Assembly (NCBI RefSeq): GCF_006345805.1
Contig: NW_021824286.1
Location: forward strand, 1-19,525
From: Octopus sinensis
Taxonomy: Eukaryota
Length of the DNA stretch: 19,525 nucleotides
Reading direction: 5' to 3'
The position numbers and the translations under genes are program-made. Below are positions 1 to 9,594 of the stretch, one piece after another (within the stretch, counting starts at the first letter, position 1; the number at the start of each line of letters is the position of its first letter). The notes under the pieces are model-generated. The model had not been told where the DNA came from, did not search any database, and was given only the letters and a program-made list of their open reading frames with translations.

Positions 1-47
1 AGCAACAGGAGGGCAAACGATATAAAAAAAATTTATGCTTATGGATT

Positions 48-225
48 TGTGTATATATGTATGTATATATACGTGTGTATATTTATATACATGTATATTT
101 GATTATGTTGTAACGTAAATATATATATATATAGGTATATATATATATGTATTTATATATATTTATATGTATATGTATGTATATATATATGTATATGTAT
201 TTAAATATATATATATTTATAGATA

Positions 226-259
<34 letters not shown>

Positions 260-281
260 AGTACACACGCACACAGACATG

Positions 282-314
<33 letters not shown>

Positions 315-430
315 ACACACATATATATATATATATACATATATACGTATTTACAAACACACATCACAAATATACCCACTCATATACATACAGAAAGACA
401 TACATATGCATACAAGCTACAGTTATATAG
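48..430. repeat. Compound (TA)n/(CA)n microsatellite
   Basis: Direct inspection. Confidence 0.95.
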
Positions 431-679
431 ATACTTACGCATTTCACAAAAGAGCAAAAAATTACTTTTGGAGATATTTCAAATAGTCATTCCTGCACAT
501 GTCCAAACAGCTCTCACGCAACATCGTAGTAATTATAGTTATATAATTATAGACACACTACAACAGGCGAGTTAAATCAAGAAGAATATTTTGCAATTTG
601 AGTTATAAAATTCAAATTAGCTGCTATAAAGTTTGCAGATTCGGGTGATAAATAAGAAAAGAGAAAATGAAAGGGAATG

Positions 680-1000
680 AATATCTACATATATATATAC
701 ATACATACGTGTATACGTATATGCATATATGCATATATGCATACATACAAAGATAAATACACACGCACATACACGTGTGTGTGTGTGTGTGTATGTGCGT
801 GTGTATATTTATATGTATGTATGTATATACATACATATACGTATTATATATATATATATGCAAACATATATACATATATAGATATACTTATACACATATA
901 TGTTTTGATATGTATATATATATACTCACATATATATGTGTCTTTGCGTGTATGTATATGTGCGTGTGTGTATAATTATAGTGTGTATGTCTATATATGA

Positions 1001-1046
<46 letters not shown>

Positions 1047-1238
1047 TAATATATATATATATATATATATAATATATATATATTATATTATATGTATTTT
1101 GTATAATATATATGTATGTATATATATTTGTATATATGTATATATACATATGTATTTGTGTATATATGCACACACCATATATATACATATATGCATATAT
1201 TTATATGGTTATTGATATTTACGTATATATATATATAT

Positions 1239-1270
<32 letters not shown>

Positions 1271-1435
1271 AACCATTTTTCATTTAATCTATTAAATATA
1301 AATTTATAAAATATTTCCTATATTGGTTTTTGTGTTTTTGTAGGCATCTTTCCCTCTATATGTCAGTATATTCATATAAGCGTGCATGCATGTGCGTACA
1401 CATATATGTATATGTGTTTATGTATGTATGTATAC

Positions 1436-1502
<67 letters not shown>

Positions 1503-1510
1503 TATATATA

Positions 1511-1552
<42 letters not shown>

Positions 1553-1710
1553 ACATAATTGTATCCATATTTGCATATATAGGTATGTGCGTGTCTGTGT
1601 GTGTGTGTGTGTATGTATAAATGTACATATATGCATATGTATATGCACGTGTGCATGCATATATCTATATACATGTATGTATGCTTGTCTATGTCTATGT
1701 ATGTGCAAAT
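680..1710. repeat. Degenerate (TA)n/(TG)n/(TATG)n microsatellite field
   Basis: Direct inspection; one short unique interruption near 1270-1380. Confidence 0.95.
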
Positions 1711-2567
1711 GTCTATTTCATGCATCTAGCCTGTGTAACTATTCGGAATAGGCAGTTGGATATAATGCTTTAAACTATTAAGAAAATGTCTTCGTTCTCT
1801 TAAATATTTTTGTCATTCTGTGCAAACGCACCCAAATACGTTGTACAGAATATGGAAGAACGCGTTAATGTTTCTAAAGAAGTTTATACACATTCACACA
1901 GATACTCATGGACTGACACAGAAATATGTATAGATGCATAAATATATCCATAATACAAATGCATATACATATGCATGCTAAGGCGCAGACATATTTGTAC
2001 GATAATAATGTTGAAAATGTACGATAAAGCACACAGTAATTAATACAATTTAAAGAAAATAAAACATGAACGATTATTAGTTAGTTTGAAGTAGTGTACT
2101 CCATGACTCTGTACACTTAACTATGTCTTCGGGTACAACCGAATTCTCATTAAGCATGATTTTTGAAAACATTTGATGTTGAGACACACCAAAATCTTGA
2201 GGATATTCTTTCTCAAGTGTTGTAATGTCTTTATTTTAATTTTACGAGTAGTCTATCTTTTGCATGTGGTTTATATTCCGAATCTAATTGTTTGTATGTC
2301 ATTACAACTTCTGAAATCTTTGTCACCAGTGATGCGTAATTTTCAGTTAAATATTTGTATGATTTTGCGGAAAACTGTGAATGTTAGTTCATCTTCGTCC
2401 TTTGTCTGTTTTTCGTTATTTTCATGAAGAAGGGTTTCGTTGTCGTTCAGAAGAAAGTGTTCCACCTGATCTATTTTATTGTTTCGTGTTAAGCCTTTCT
2501 TTTTTGTGATTTCTTTCATGTTTCCTTCTCTAATTTTTCTTTCTCGCGATGAAGGTGTGGTACAACT

Positions 2568-2800
2568 GGTTGAGCTGGCAGAAACGTTAGCACGCCGGGC
2601 GAAATGCGTAGCCGTATTTCGTCTGCCGTTACGTTCCAAGTTAAAATTCCGCCGAGGTCGACTTTGCCTTTCATCCTTTCGGGGTCGATAAATTAAGTAC
2701 CAGTTGCGTACTGGGGTCGATGTAATCGACTTAATCCGTTTGTCTGTCCTTGTTTGTCCCCTCTATGTTTAGCCCCTTGTGGGTAGTTAAGAAATCGATA
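2568..2800 (+). mobile_element. tRNA-derived SINE, family B (central domain resembling Deu/Nin), tail type 1
   Basis: Head GAGCTGGCAGAAACGTTAGCACGCCGG and core CCGAGGTCGACTTTGCCTTTCATCCTTTCGGGGTCGATAAATTAAGTAC align with copies at 18830 (+) and 8947-9105 (-). The Deu/Nin likeness is from recall. Confidence 0.85.
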
Positions 2801-3104
2801 TTGTTCGGAGACAAGATGTTTGCTCATCTATTTGTGATGCTGGGCCCAAAGAAATTTATTTCATTTGCTACCCCCAGAGTTTTGGGTGGCGATACCTAGG
2901 AAACTGAAGTTTATAGTTCCTTTTTGATTTTGTTGTGGCGTTGCATATTGTTCACTTGATTTATTTAGTTTGCAAGTTGTTGACGGACATTCAGTTCTAA
3001 GGTGTGTTTTACTCCGATAGATATAACAAGACTTTCTACATTCTACCATCCATCTCGGACCTTTTTTCTTGGTACCTTATACTTGTCTTCTATCTTTGTT
3101 TTTT

Positions 3105-3485
3105 ATCTTTTACTTTTTTCAATCATTTGACTGTAACCCTGCAAAGGACGTCATGAAGAATTTTTGATGGAACGAATCGGCCCAGTCCTTTTTTTAAAAC
3201 CTGGTACTTATCTGTCTCTTTTGCTAAACCGCTAAGTTACGGAGACGTAAACAAACCAAAACGGGTTATTAAGCGGCGATGGGGGACAAACGCTGACACA
3301 AAGACCCCCCAACACACACACGATATGAGCCTCTTTCGGTTTTCGCCTACCAAATCCACTCACAAGGTTTCGGTCAGCCCGAGGCTATAATAGAAGACAC
3401 TTGCCCAAGGTACCACGCAGTGGGACTGAACCTGGAGCCATGTAGTTGGGAAGCAAACTTCTAACCACACAGTCACGCCTGCACC
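3105..3485 (-). mobile_element. tRNA-derived SINE, family A, diverged full-length copy
   Basis: The reverse complement begins GGTGCAGGCGTGACTGTGTGGTTAG, contains B-box-like GGTTCAGTCCC and is collinear with 7786-8188. Confidence 0.85.
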
Positions 3486-4036
3486 TATAAATTTTTTAAG
3501 GAAGAACCATCTAAGATAAAACCCGGACAAAATTAAATTCCGTCTCAGGATGTTGAATACTGATATCTCCCTATGTCTTTGCCCACAGGACCATCAAGAC
3601 ACCAACTGAGCACAGTTCTGATATTGCTCTGAGTCCTTTGTGGGGAGGGATATCCTGATGGCTCGCAAGTCCATTTTCACGTCCCCTGGCTTTTGATCAC
3701 TTTTCCTTAAGCTTGCTCGACCACTCTCTTATACTGCAACACAAAGATCTATTTAGAGTCTTATGTCTTTTATTGTCATTCTTGTGCTTCGCTGATCCTT
3801 GTACTGAATCACAAACGGATAATAAATTTCAGCCCATGTTACGGCTACGTTTTCAGCTTTGAAAGTACAAAAAATGGTGTCATAATATTTTCATTTTTTA
3901 ACTGAGATATCTTTTAACATTGTCTTGAAGGATTTGTTATTCTATATTACGTAAAAGAAAATTTAGACGGCTTCCATTTTCTTTTTTACTAATAGAGATA
4001 TTTAATCTTGTTGTGCCTCGGAAGGGTCATTACGCC

Positions 4037-4065
4037 AATAATAATAACAATCATAATAATAATAA

Positions 4066-4130
<65 letters not shown>
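4037..4130. repeat. (AAT)n-(ACT)n-(AAT)n microsatellite
   Basis: Direct inspection. Confidence 0.95.
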
Positions 4131-4351
4131 TCAAAATTAAAAGAAGAGTGCCATTGTTATCTAGTGAACGATATTTCGATATCTCGTGTGTCTTCAACTG
4201 GTTTAAAAAATAATTTTGTCAATCTACTTCATTTTGGTTAATATATAAAGGATTGAGGTAACTCCTCCTGAAGGTATAGATAACAATGGCAATCTTCTTA
4301 TAATTTTGACTCTATATCTTCAGGAAGAGTTACCTCAATCTTTATATATTA
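4131..4351. repeat. Interlocked inverted repeats A-B-A'-B'
   Basis: A 4131-4163 vs A' 4277-4309 (31/33 reverse-complement match); B 4239-4280 vs B' 4311-4351 (2 mismatches, 1 indel). Confidence 0.9.
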
Positions 4352-4362
4352 TTAATGAATTA

Positions 4363-4369
4363 ATTAATA

Positions 4370-4427
<58 letters not shown>

Positions 4428-4475
4428 GTAATAATAATAGTAATAATAATAGTAATAATAATAATAATAATAATA

Positions 4476-4518
<43 letters not shown>

Positions 4519-4546
4519 CATAATAATAATAATAATAATGATAATA
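4363..4546. repeat. (AAT)n microsatellite
   Basis: Direct inspection. Confidence 0.95.
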
Positions 4547-4944
4547 ACACACGCACTGGTTCACTATCACTTCGTCATTGTTAGCTGGTTAAATATCTAC
4601 CCGACTAAGTAATCGATCGCTTGTTTAATGTGTAGGTTAAACAACCAATTGGTTGCATGTTAGTCAATGTTCTATCGTCGCTGTTTGCGACGATTCCAGA
4701 GACTTCCTTGTATCCCCAAGGTTTGGATCTGAGTCTGTCCAAGAACTGGTCTTATGCCTGTGTCGAGGAGCCTTGTGTCAAAATTTGAAACCATTACTTA
4801 TCTTTTTAAGCCTGATATCTATCTGGTGCTTATTTTATTTGTCTTGGGGGGCGATGGGAGAGAAAACTAAACCAGTATTTGACGAGTCTTGAGCTCGGAG
4901 TTTAAAAGAGAGGAAACTATATGGAGTTATCTGTTTGTTCTAGA

Positions 4945-5510
4945 ACACCAACATTACAATCACCATCACCGCCGCCGTCATCAACACCACCACCACCACC
5001 ACCATCACCACCACTATCATCACCACCTCCAACAGCATCTCCAACACCACTACATCCCAAACCACCACCGCCACCACCACTACCATCACAACGACGACGA
5101 CTATCCCCACGACCATCACCACCACCACCATCGCCAATACGGCAGCAACCGCCGCCGCCACCACCACCACCACCACCACCACCACCACCACCATCATCAT
5201 CACTACCTCCACTACTATCTCCAACACCACTACATCCCAAACCACCACCACTACCACTACCATCACAACGACGACGACAATCCCCACGACCATCACCACC
5301 ACCATCGCCAATACGGCAGCAACCGCCACCGCCACCATCACCACCACCACCACCACCACCACCACCACCACCACCACCACCACCACTACCACCTCCACCA
5401 CCATCTCCAACACCACTACATCCCAAACCACCACCACCACCACCAATACCGCGACCACCACCACCACCACCACCACCACCACCATCAGTACCGCGACCAC
5501 CACCTACTAT
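4945..5510. repeat. (CAC)n-based higher-order minisatellite, units of 180 and 186 bp plus a partial third
   Basis: Anchor ATCTCCAACACCACTACATCCCAAACCACCACC at 5037, 5217 and 5403. Confidence 0.92.
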
Positions 5511-5602
5511 AACTAATGCAATCTATTTGAAGGTATGCTGTATTTAAGTTAGTTATTTCAAGTAGAGTAAAGACAACATTTGATGAGACGTAAGCGCAGT
5601 AA

Positions 5603-5845
5603 GGGGGTGGGTGAGCGGGTGGGGCGGGGCGGGGGCCGTTATTCTTTCGAGAAGCAAAAATTCTGAAACAAAAAGAAAAAATACAAAATATTAAAAAAAA
5701 AAAAAACCCAAAACAAAACAAAAGCAAAACACTCCAGCGGTAACAATGCAATTTCCACATGAGTGGTGTTGTGGCGAATGACGTCACTGGAACCGACGTC
5801 TGGCTGGGTGGTATGGCGTATTGTAGCATGGAGAAGGCAGATTGG
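5603..5845. promoter_or_regulatory. Candidate cis-regulatory module (GC boxes/G4, full CRE, CCAAT)
   Basis: GGGTGGGGCGGGGCGGGGG 5617-5635, TGACGTCA 5779-5786, GACGTC 5795-5800, ATTGG 5841-5845; motif matches only. Confidence 0.35.
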
Positions 5846-6092
5846 TGGCACTGGTGGTGATGGTGATGGCGGTGTTGGTTAGTAGGGTGGCGAGGCTGGT
5901 GGCGATGGAGACTAAATTACTGCTTAGCCACCAAATAAATGAACAAACAAATAGAGTTTTTTGGTTCCCACCTTTCTTTTTGTTTTCTAATTGAAGAGAG
6001 CTCTTAATTCCTCGACAAAATACAAAAGCGGGTTGAACTGAGGAGTAACGGCTGCTCAAAATGGAATACTCTCTGCTGCCAGATACTCGGGA

Positions 6093-6098
6093 ACACAC

Positions 6099-6139
<41 letters not shown>

Positions 6140-6191
6140 CACATACAGACACACACACACACAACACACACACACACACACACGCACACAC

Positions 6192-6246
<55 letters not shown>

Positions 6247-6304
6247 GACACACACACACACATACACACACACACAGACGCACACACACACACACACTTA
6301 ACAC
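6093..6304. repeat. (CA)n microsatellite
   Basis: Direct inspection. Confidence 0.95.
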
Positions 6305-6310
6305 AACATA

Positions 6311-6716
6311 TTATTTTATTTTTTATTCGTTTATTTGTTTCAGTCATTCGACTGTGGCCACGATGGAGCACCGCCTTTAGTCGAACAAATCCACCCAAGG
6401 ACTTATTCTTTGTAAGCTTAGCACTTATTCTATCGGTCTCTTTTTGCCGAACCGCTAGAGTACGGGGACGTAAACACACCAACATCAGTTGTCAAGCGAT
6501 GGTGGAGGGAAAAACACAGATACACAAGTACATACATACACACACACACACATATATATATGGAACTGGCTTCTTACAGTTTCCGTCTACCAGATCAACT
6601 CACAAGACTTTGATCGGAAGGTAATAGTAGAAGACACTTGCCCAAGGTGCTACGCAGTGGGACTGAACCCGGAACCATGTGGATGGGAAGCATGCTTCTT
6701 ACAACACAATCACTCC
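6311..6716 (-). mobile_element. SINE family A copy
   Basis: Reverse complement is collinear with 7786-8188 (GGTTCAGTCCCACTGCG, CCTTGGGCAAGTGTCTTC, GATAGAATAAG, AAAGGCGGTGCTCC, A-rich tail); the first ~6 nt of the head are missing. Confidence 0.9.
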
Positions 6717-6722
6717 TATATA

Positions 6723-7164
6723 GGCGCAGGTGTGGCATACAGGTGCAGACGTGGCTGCATGGTAAGAAGCTTGATTTTTAACCAGATGGTTCCCGGTTCA
6801 GTTCCACTGCGTGGCACCTTACGCAAGTGTCTCATACTATAGCCTCGAGCCGACCAAAGCCTTGTGAGTGGATTTGGTAGACGGAAACTGAAAGAAGCCC
6901 GTCGTATATATATGTGTATATATATATATGTATGTATGTGTGTGTATATATGTTTGTGTGTCTGTGTTTGTCCCCCCAACATCGCTTGACAACAGATGCT
7001 GGTGTGTTTACGTCCCCGTCACTTAGCGGTTCGGCAAAAGAGACCGATAGAATAAGTACTAGGCTTACAAAGAATAAGTCCTAGGGTCGATTTGCTCGAC
7101 TAAAGGCGGTATTCCAGCATGGCCATAGTCAAATGACTGAAACAAGTAAAAGAGTAGAAGAGTA
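6723..7164 (+). mobile_element. SINE family A copy with duplicated 5' end
   Basis: GGCGCAGGTGTGGC followed by a second GGTGCAGACGTGGC start; body and tail (AAGTAAAAGAGTAGAAGAGTA) closely match 7786-8188. Confidence 0.92.
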
Positions 7165-7585
7165 ATGCCACAGAGAAAACATGTATGGTATTCAATGCTT
7201 TGTAGAACATACACGCGTTTCATCGAATTTCCATTATATGTACATAATAGTTGTAGAAACGCCATAAAATTTTGTTATTCACCTCTTCAGTATTTTGCTA
7301 TAAACAGAAAAGCAAGGCTCGATATATATTCCTGTTATGCAAATTACCAACAACTTTGCATGCCGCACGATACTGTTGGAAACCAAAGAAACCGACTATA
7401 GATGCCCGAGATGACCCCTCTCGAACCTATATCGGTACGACCAGAAAAAAACTGGGAATATATTTTGAACTAAGAATGTAAAACGCATTAACAAAACACC
7501 ACGAGTTATTTTATTAGGTGCTCCCACGATTCTGCCAAACCATTGCAGTGGATCATAGAGCTACAACTATTTGGGTGATATTTTA

Positions 7586-7632
7586 AATTATCGATCTCCA
7601 GAAAGCAAAGTTGATCTCGGCTGGATTTGAGA
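7586..7632 (-). mobile_element. Degenerate fragment of SINE family B core
   Basis: Reverse complement AAATCCAGCCGAGATCAACTTTGCTTTC..GAGATCGATAA resembles AAATTCCGCCGAGGTCGACTTTGCCTTTC..GGGTCGATAA. Confidence 0.55.
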
Positions 7633-7740
7633 GCTAAGACAGGACCCGATAAAAACCCATAGAGGACCTAAGATCTTAAAAGATTTTGGTGTTCCCATAT
7701 TTGTAATTGAATTTGTAATATGCAACTCAAAATATAAATT

Positions 7741-8687
7741 ATGATAAACTATAAAATGAATTTTTATTTTTCAAAATGAAATATAGGCGCAGGAGTGGCG
7801 GTGTGGTAAGTAGCTTGCTAACCAACCACATGGTTCCGGGTTCAGTCCCACTGCGTGGCATCTTGAGCAAGTGTCTTCTGCTATAGCCCCGGGACGACCA
7901 ATGCCTTGTGAGTGGATTTGGTAGACGGAAACTGAAAGAAGCCTGTCGTATATATGTATATATATGTGTGTGTGTGTGTTTGTGTGTCTGTGTTTGTCCC
8001 CCTAGCATTGCTTGACAACCGATGCTGGTGTGTTTACGTCCCCGTCACTTAGCGGTTCGGCAAAAGAGACCGATAGAATAAGTACTGGGCTTACAAAGAA
8101 TAAGTCCCGGGGTCGATTTGATCGACTAAAGGCGGTGCTCCAGCATGGCCGCAGTCAACTGACTGAAACAAGTAAATGAGTAAAAGAGTATAACCAACAG
8201 TAACATGGAAAATAATGTTTGTTTTTGTATACTTCCAAAAAGTTTTCTCTTTTTCATTTTAATTATAGAGTCTTTGATCAGATCTCTCTATGACACACGG
8301 ACACTTCATAATTATATTTCCAATCATATCAACCACTTCGAATATTATTTTAGTAAGTTCAAAGTGATTTCTTTAGTGCCGTAAACTATTTACCATTGCT
8401 GCGGTGTCCCACTTCTCTTCATGCCTTATTTTAATTAGTAGTTAATAATAAACCATAAATAAATTTTTATTTTTCAAAATGAAATAAAGATGGAAAATAA
8501 TGTTTATTTTTGTTTACTTCCAAAAAGTTTTCTCTTTTTTTTTTTTTAATTGTAGTCTTCGATCAGATCCTCCCTATGGTACAATGAACAGTTCAAAATT
8601 ATATTTCCGATCATATAAACCACTTTGAATATTATTTTAGTAAGTTTAAAGTGAGTTTCTATTTGTGCCGTTTACCATTTACCATTT
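7741..8687 (+). repeat. Local direct duplication of ~240 bp; copy 1 (7741-7785 + 8189-8397) is split by a SINE, copy 2 is ~8444-8687
   Basis: Shared AATTTTTATTTTTCAAAATGAAATA, ATGGAAAATAATGTTT, ACTTCCAAAAAGTTTTCTCTTTTT, GATCAGATC and GAATATTATTTTAGTAAGTT. Confidence 0.9.
7786..8188 (+). mobile_element. SINE family A, best-preserved copy
   Basis: A-box-like TGGCGGTGTGG 7796-7806, B-box-like GGTTCAGTCCC 7839-7849, internal (TA)/(TG) microsatellite, short tandem tail, flanked by TATA at 7782-7785 and 8189-8192. Confidence 0.92.
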
Positions 8688-8769
8688 CCCTTCAAACCTT
8701 AAGCTGGTGCTTATTTTGCTTAATGATTATTCGAGCGTTTGCTGAGGTGACAAGAAGATTACAATAGAA

Positions 8770-8919
8770 TACCAGTGAAATACTTTATTTTATCGACTCC
8801 TAAAGGATAAAAGGCAAAACTAACGTGAGCGGGTGCTGAACTCAGAACGGAAAGAGCCGGAAGAAAATCCGTCAAGACTTTTCCTCTGATGCGCTAACGA
8901 TTCTGCCAGCTCTGCGCCT
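8770..8919 (-). mobile_element. Diverged SINE family B copy
   Basis: GCTAACGATTCTGCCAGCTC head end, TGAACTCAGA B-box region and TTTATCGACTCCTAAAGGATAAAAGGCAAA core, as in the adjacent copy. Confidence 0.75.
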
Positions 8920-8946
8920 CGCTACCGTCGGAGAAAGGATTAAATT

Positions 8947-9105
8947 TGTTTCTACTCTAGGTACAAGGCCCGAAATTTATCGATCCCAAAAGGATGAAAG
9001 GCAAAGTTGACATCACCGGTATTTGAACTCAGAGCGTAAAGATGGACGAAATGCCGTTAAGCATTTCGTCCGGCGTGCTAACGATTCTGCCAGCTCGCCG
9101 CCTTA
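8947..9105 (-). mobile_element. SINE family B, tail type 2, internally deleted, with 15-bp target-site duplication
   Basis: Exact direct repeat AGAAAGGATTAAATT at 8932-8946 and 9106-9120; head AGGCGGCGAGCTGGCAGAATCGTTAGCACGCCGG on the minus strand. Confidence 0.9.
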
Positions 9106-9186
9106 AGAAAGGATTAAATTGAAGTAAGAAAATGTATGAAAACACAAAGACAATAAACTAAGCAAAATTGTGAAGAAACCCTGCCT

Positions 9187-9307
9187 GAAATAACAGTCAA
9201 ATAGTCCTCAAAATGAAGGCTTGTAATTTGAAACACATTATAACTGAATAGAAGAAAGGTCGTGATAGTTACGGTTGGAACGTCTTCTGTTAAACCTGAC
9301 TTAGCGT

Positions 9308-9373
<66 letters not shown>

Positions 9374-9386
9374 CAACAACAACAAC
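9187..9386 (+). mobile_element. Probable degenerate interspersed repeat (family D) ending in an (AAC)n tail
   Basis: 9187-9214 matches the reverse complement of 9563-9590 at 24/28; it ends ...TAAAC(AAC)n, similar to the minus-strand end at 19474-19525. Confidence 0.5.
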
Positions 9387-9499
9387 AGTAAAGAAATGTG
9401 TTGTTGATACCGTTGTTTGGCGCCGTGCCAGTCCAAATTCAGGAGTCAATCGTTAAGAGCGCTCTAGAAGTGACAATCACATCGATTTTGAAAAGGCTG

Positions 9500-9594
9500 T
9501 CCTGTATATCAGGGCTAAATTTTCCTACGTAACTCTTCTCTTTCATGAGACGGTTGATTGTGATTTTGAGGAAAATCTGACTGCTATTTCTAGC
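9500..9594 (-). mobile_element. Probable second family D fragment
   Basis: Minus strand GCTAGAAATAGCAGTCAGATTTTCCTCAAAATCAC matches 9187-9214; the left boundary is approximate. Confidence 0.45.

Noticed and set aside
83-1708. Many ORFs rich in YI, CV and HT dipeptides
   Set aside because: Translations of (TA)n/(TG)n/(CA)n microsatellites.
4254-4275. TGAGGTA in a hairpin arm, reminiscent of let-7
   Set aside because: The match stops after 7 nt (TGAGGTAACTCC vs TGAGGTAGTAGG), and the hairpin is better explained by rearrangement.
4008-4570. Poly-I/L/N/T/Y ORFs
   Set aside because: Translations of (AAT)n/(ACT)n arrays.
5037-5435. Regularly spaced direct repeats resembling a CRISPR array
   Set aside because: The intervening sequences are homologous to each other and ~150 bp long, and the context is eukaryotic with no cas genes.
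5784-7265. ORFs of 66-233 aa, with a similar peptide at 7739-8008 (ASFSFRLPNPLTR)
   Set aside because: They lie within SINE copies and (CA)n; the similarity reflects the repeat, not a gene family.
7786-7860. tRNA-like sequence (also 18200-18278 and 18830-18915)
   Set aside because: A/B boxes are present but no full cloverleaf is evident, and each continues into a SINE body.
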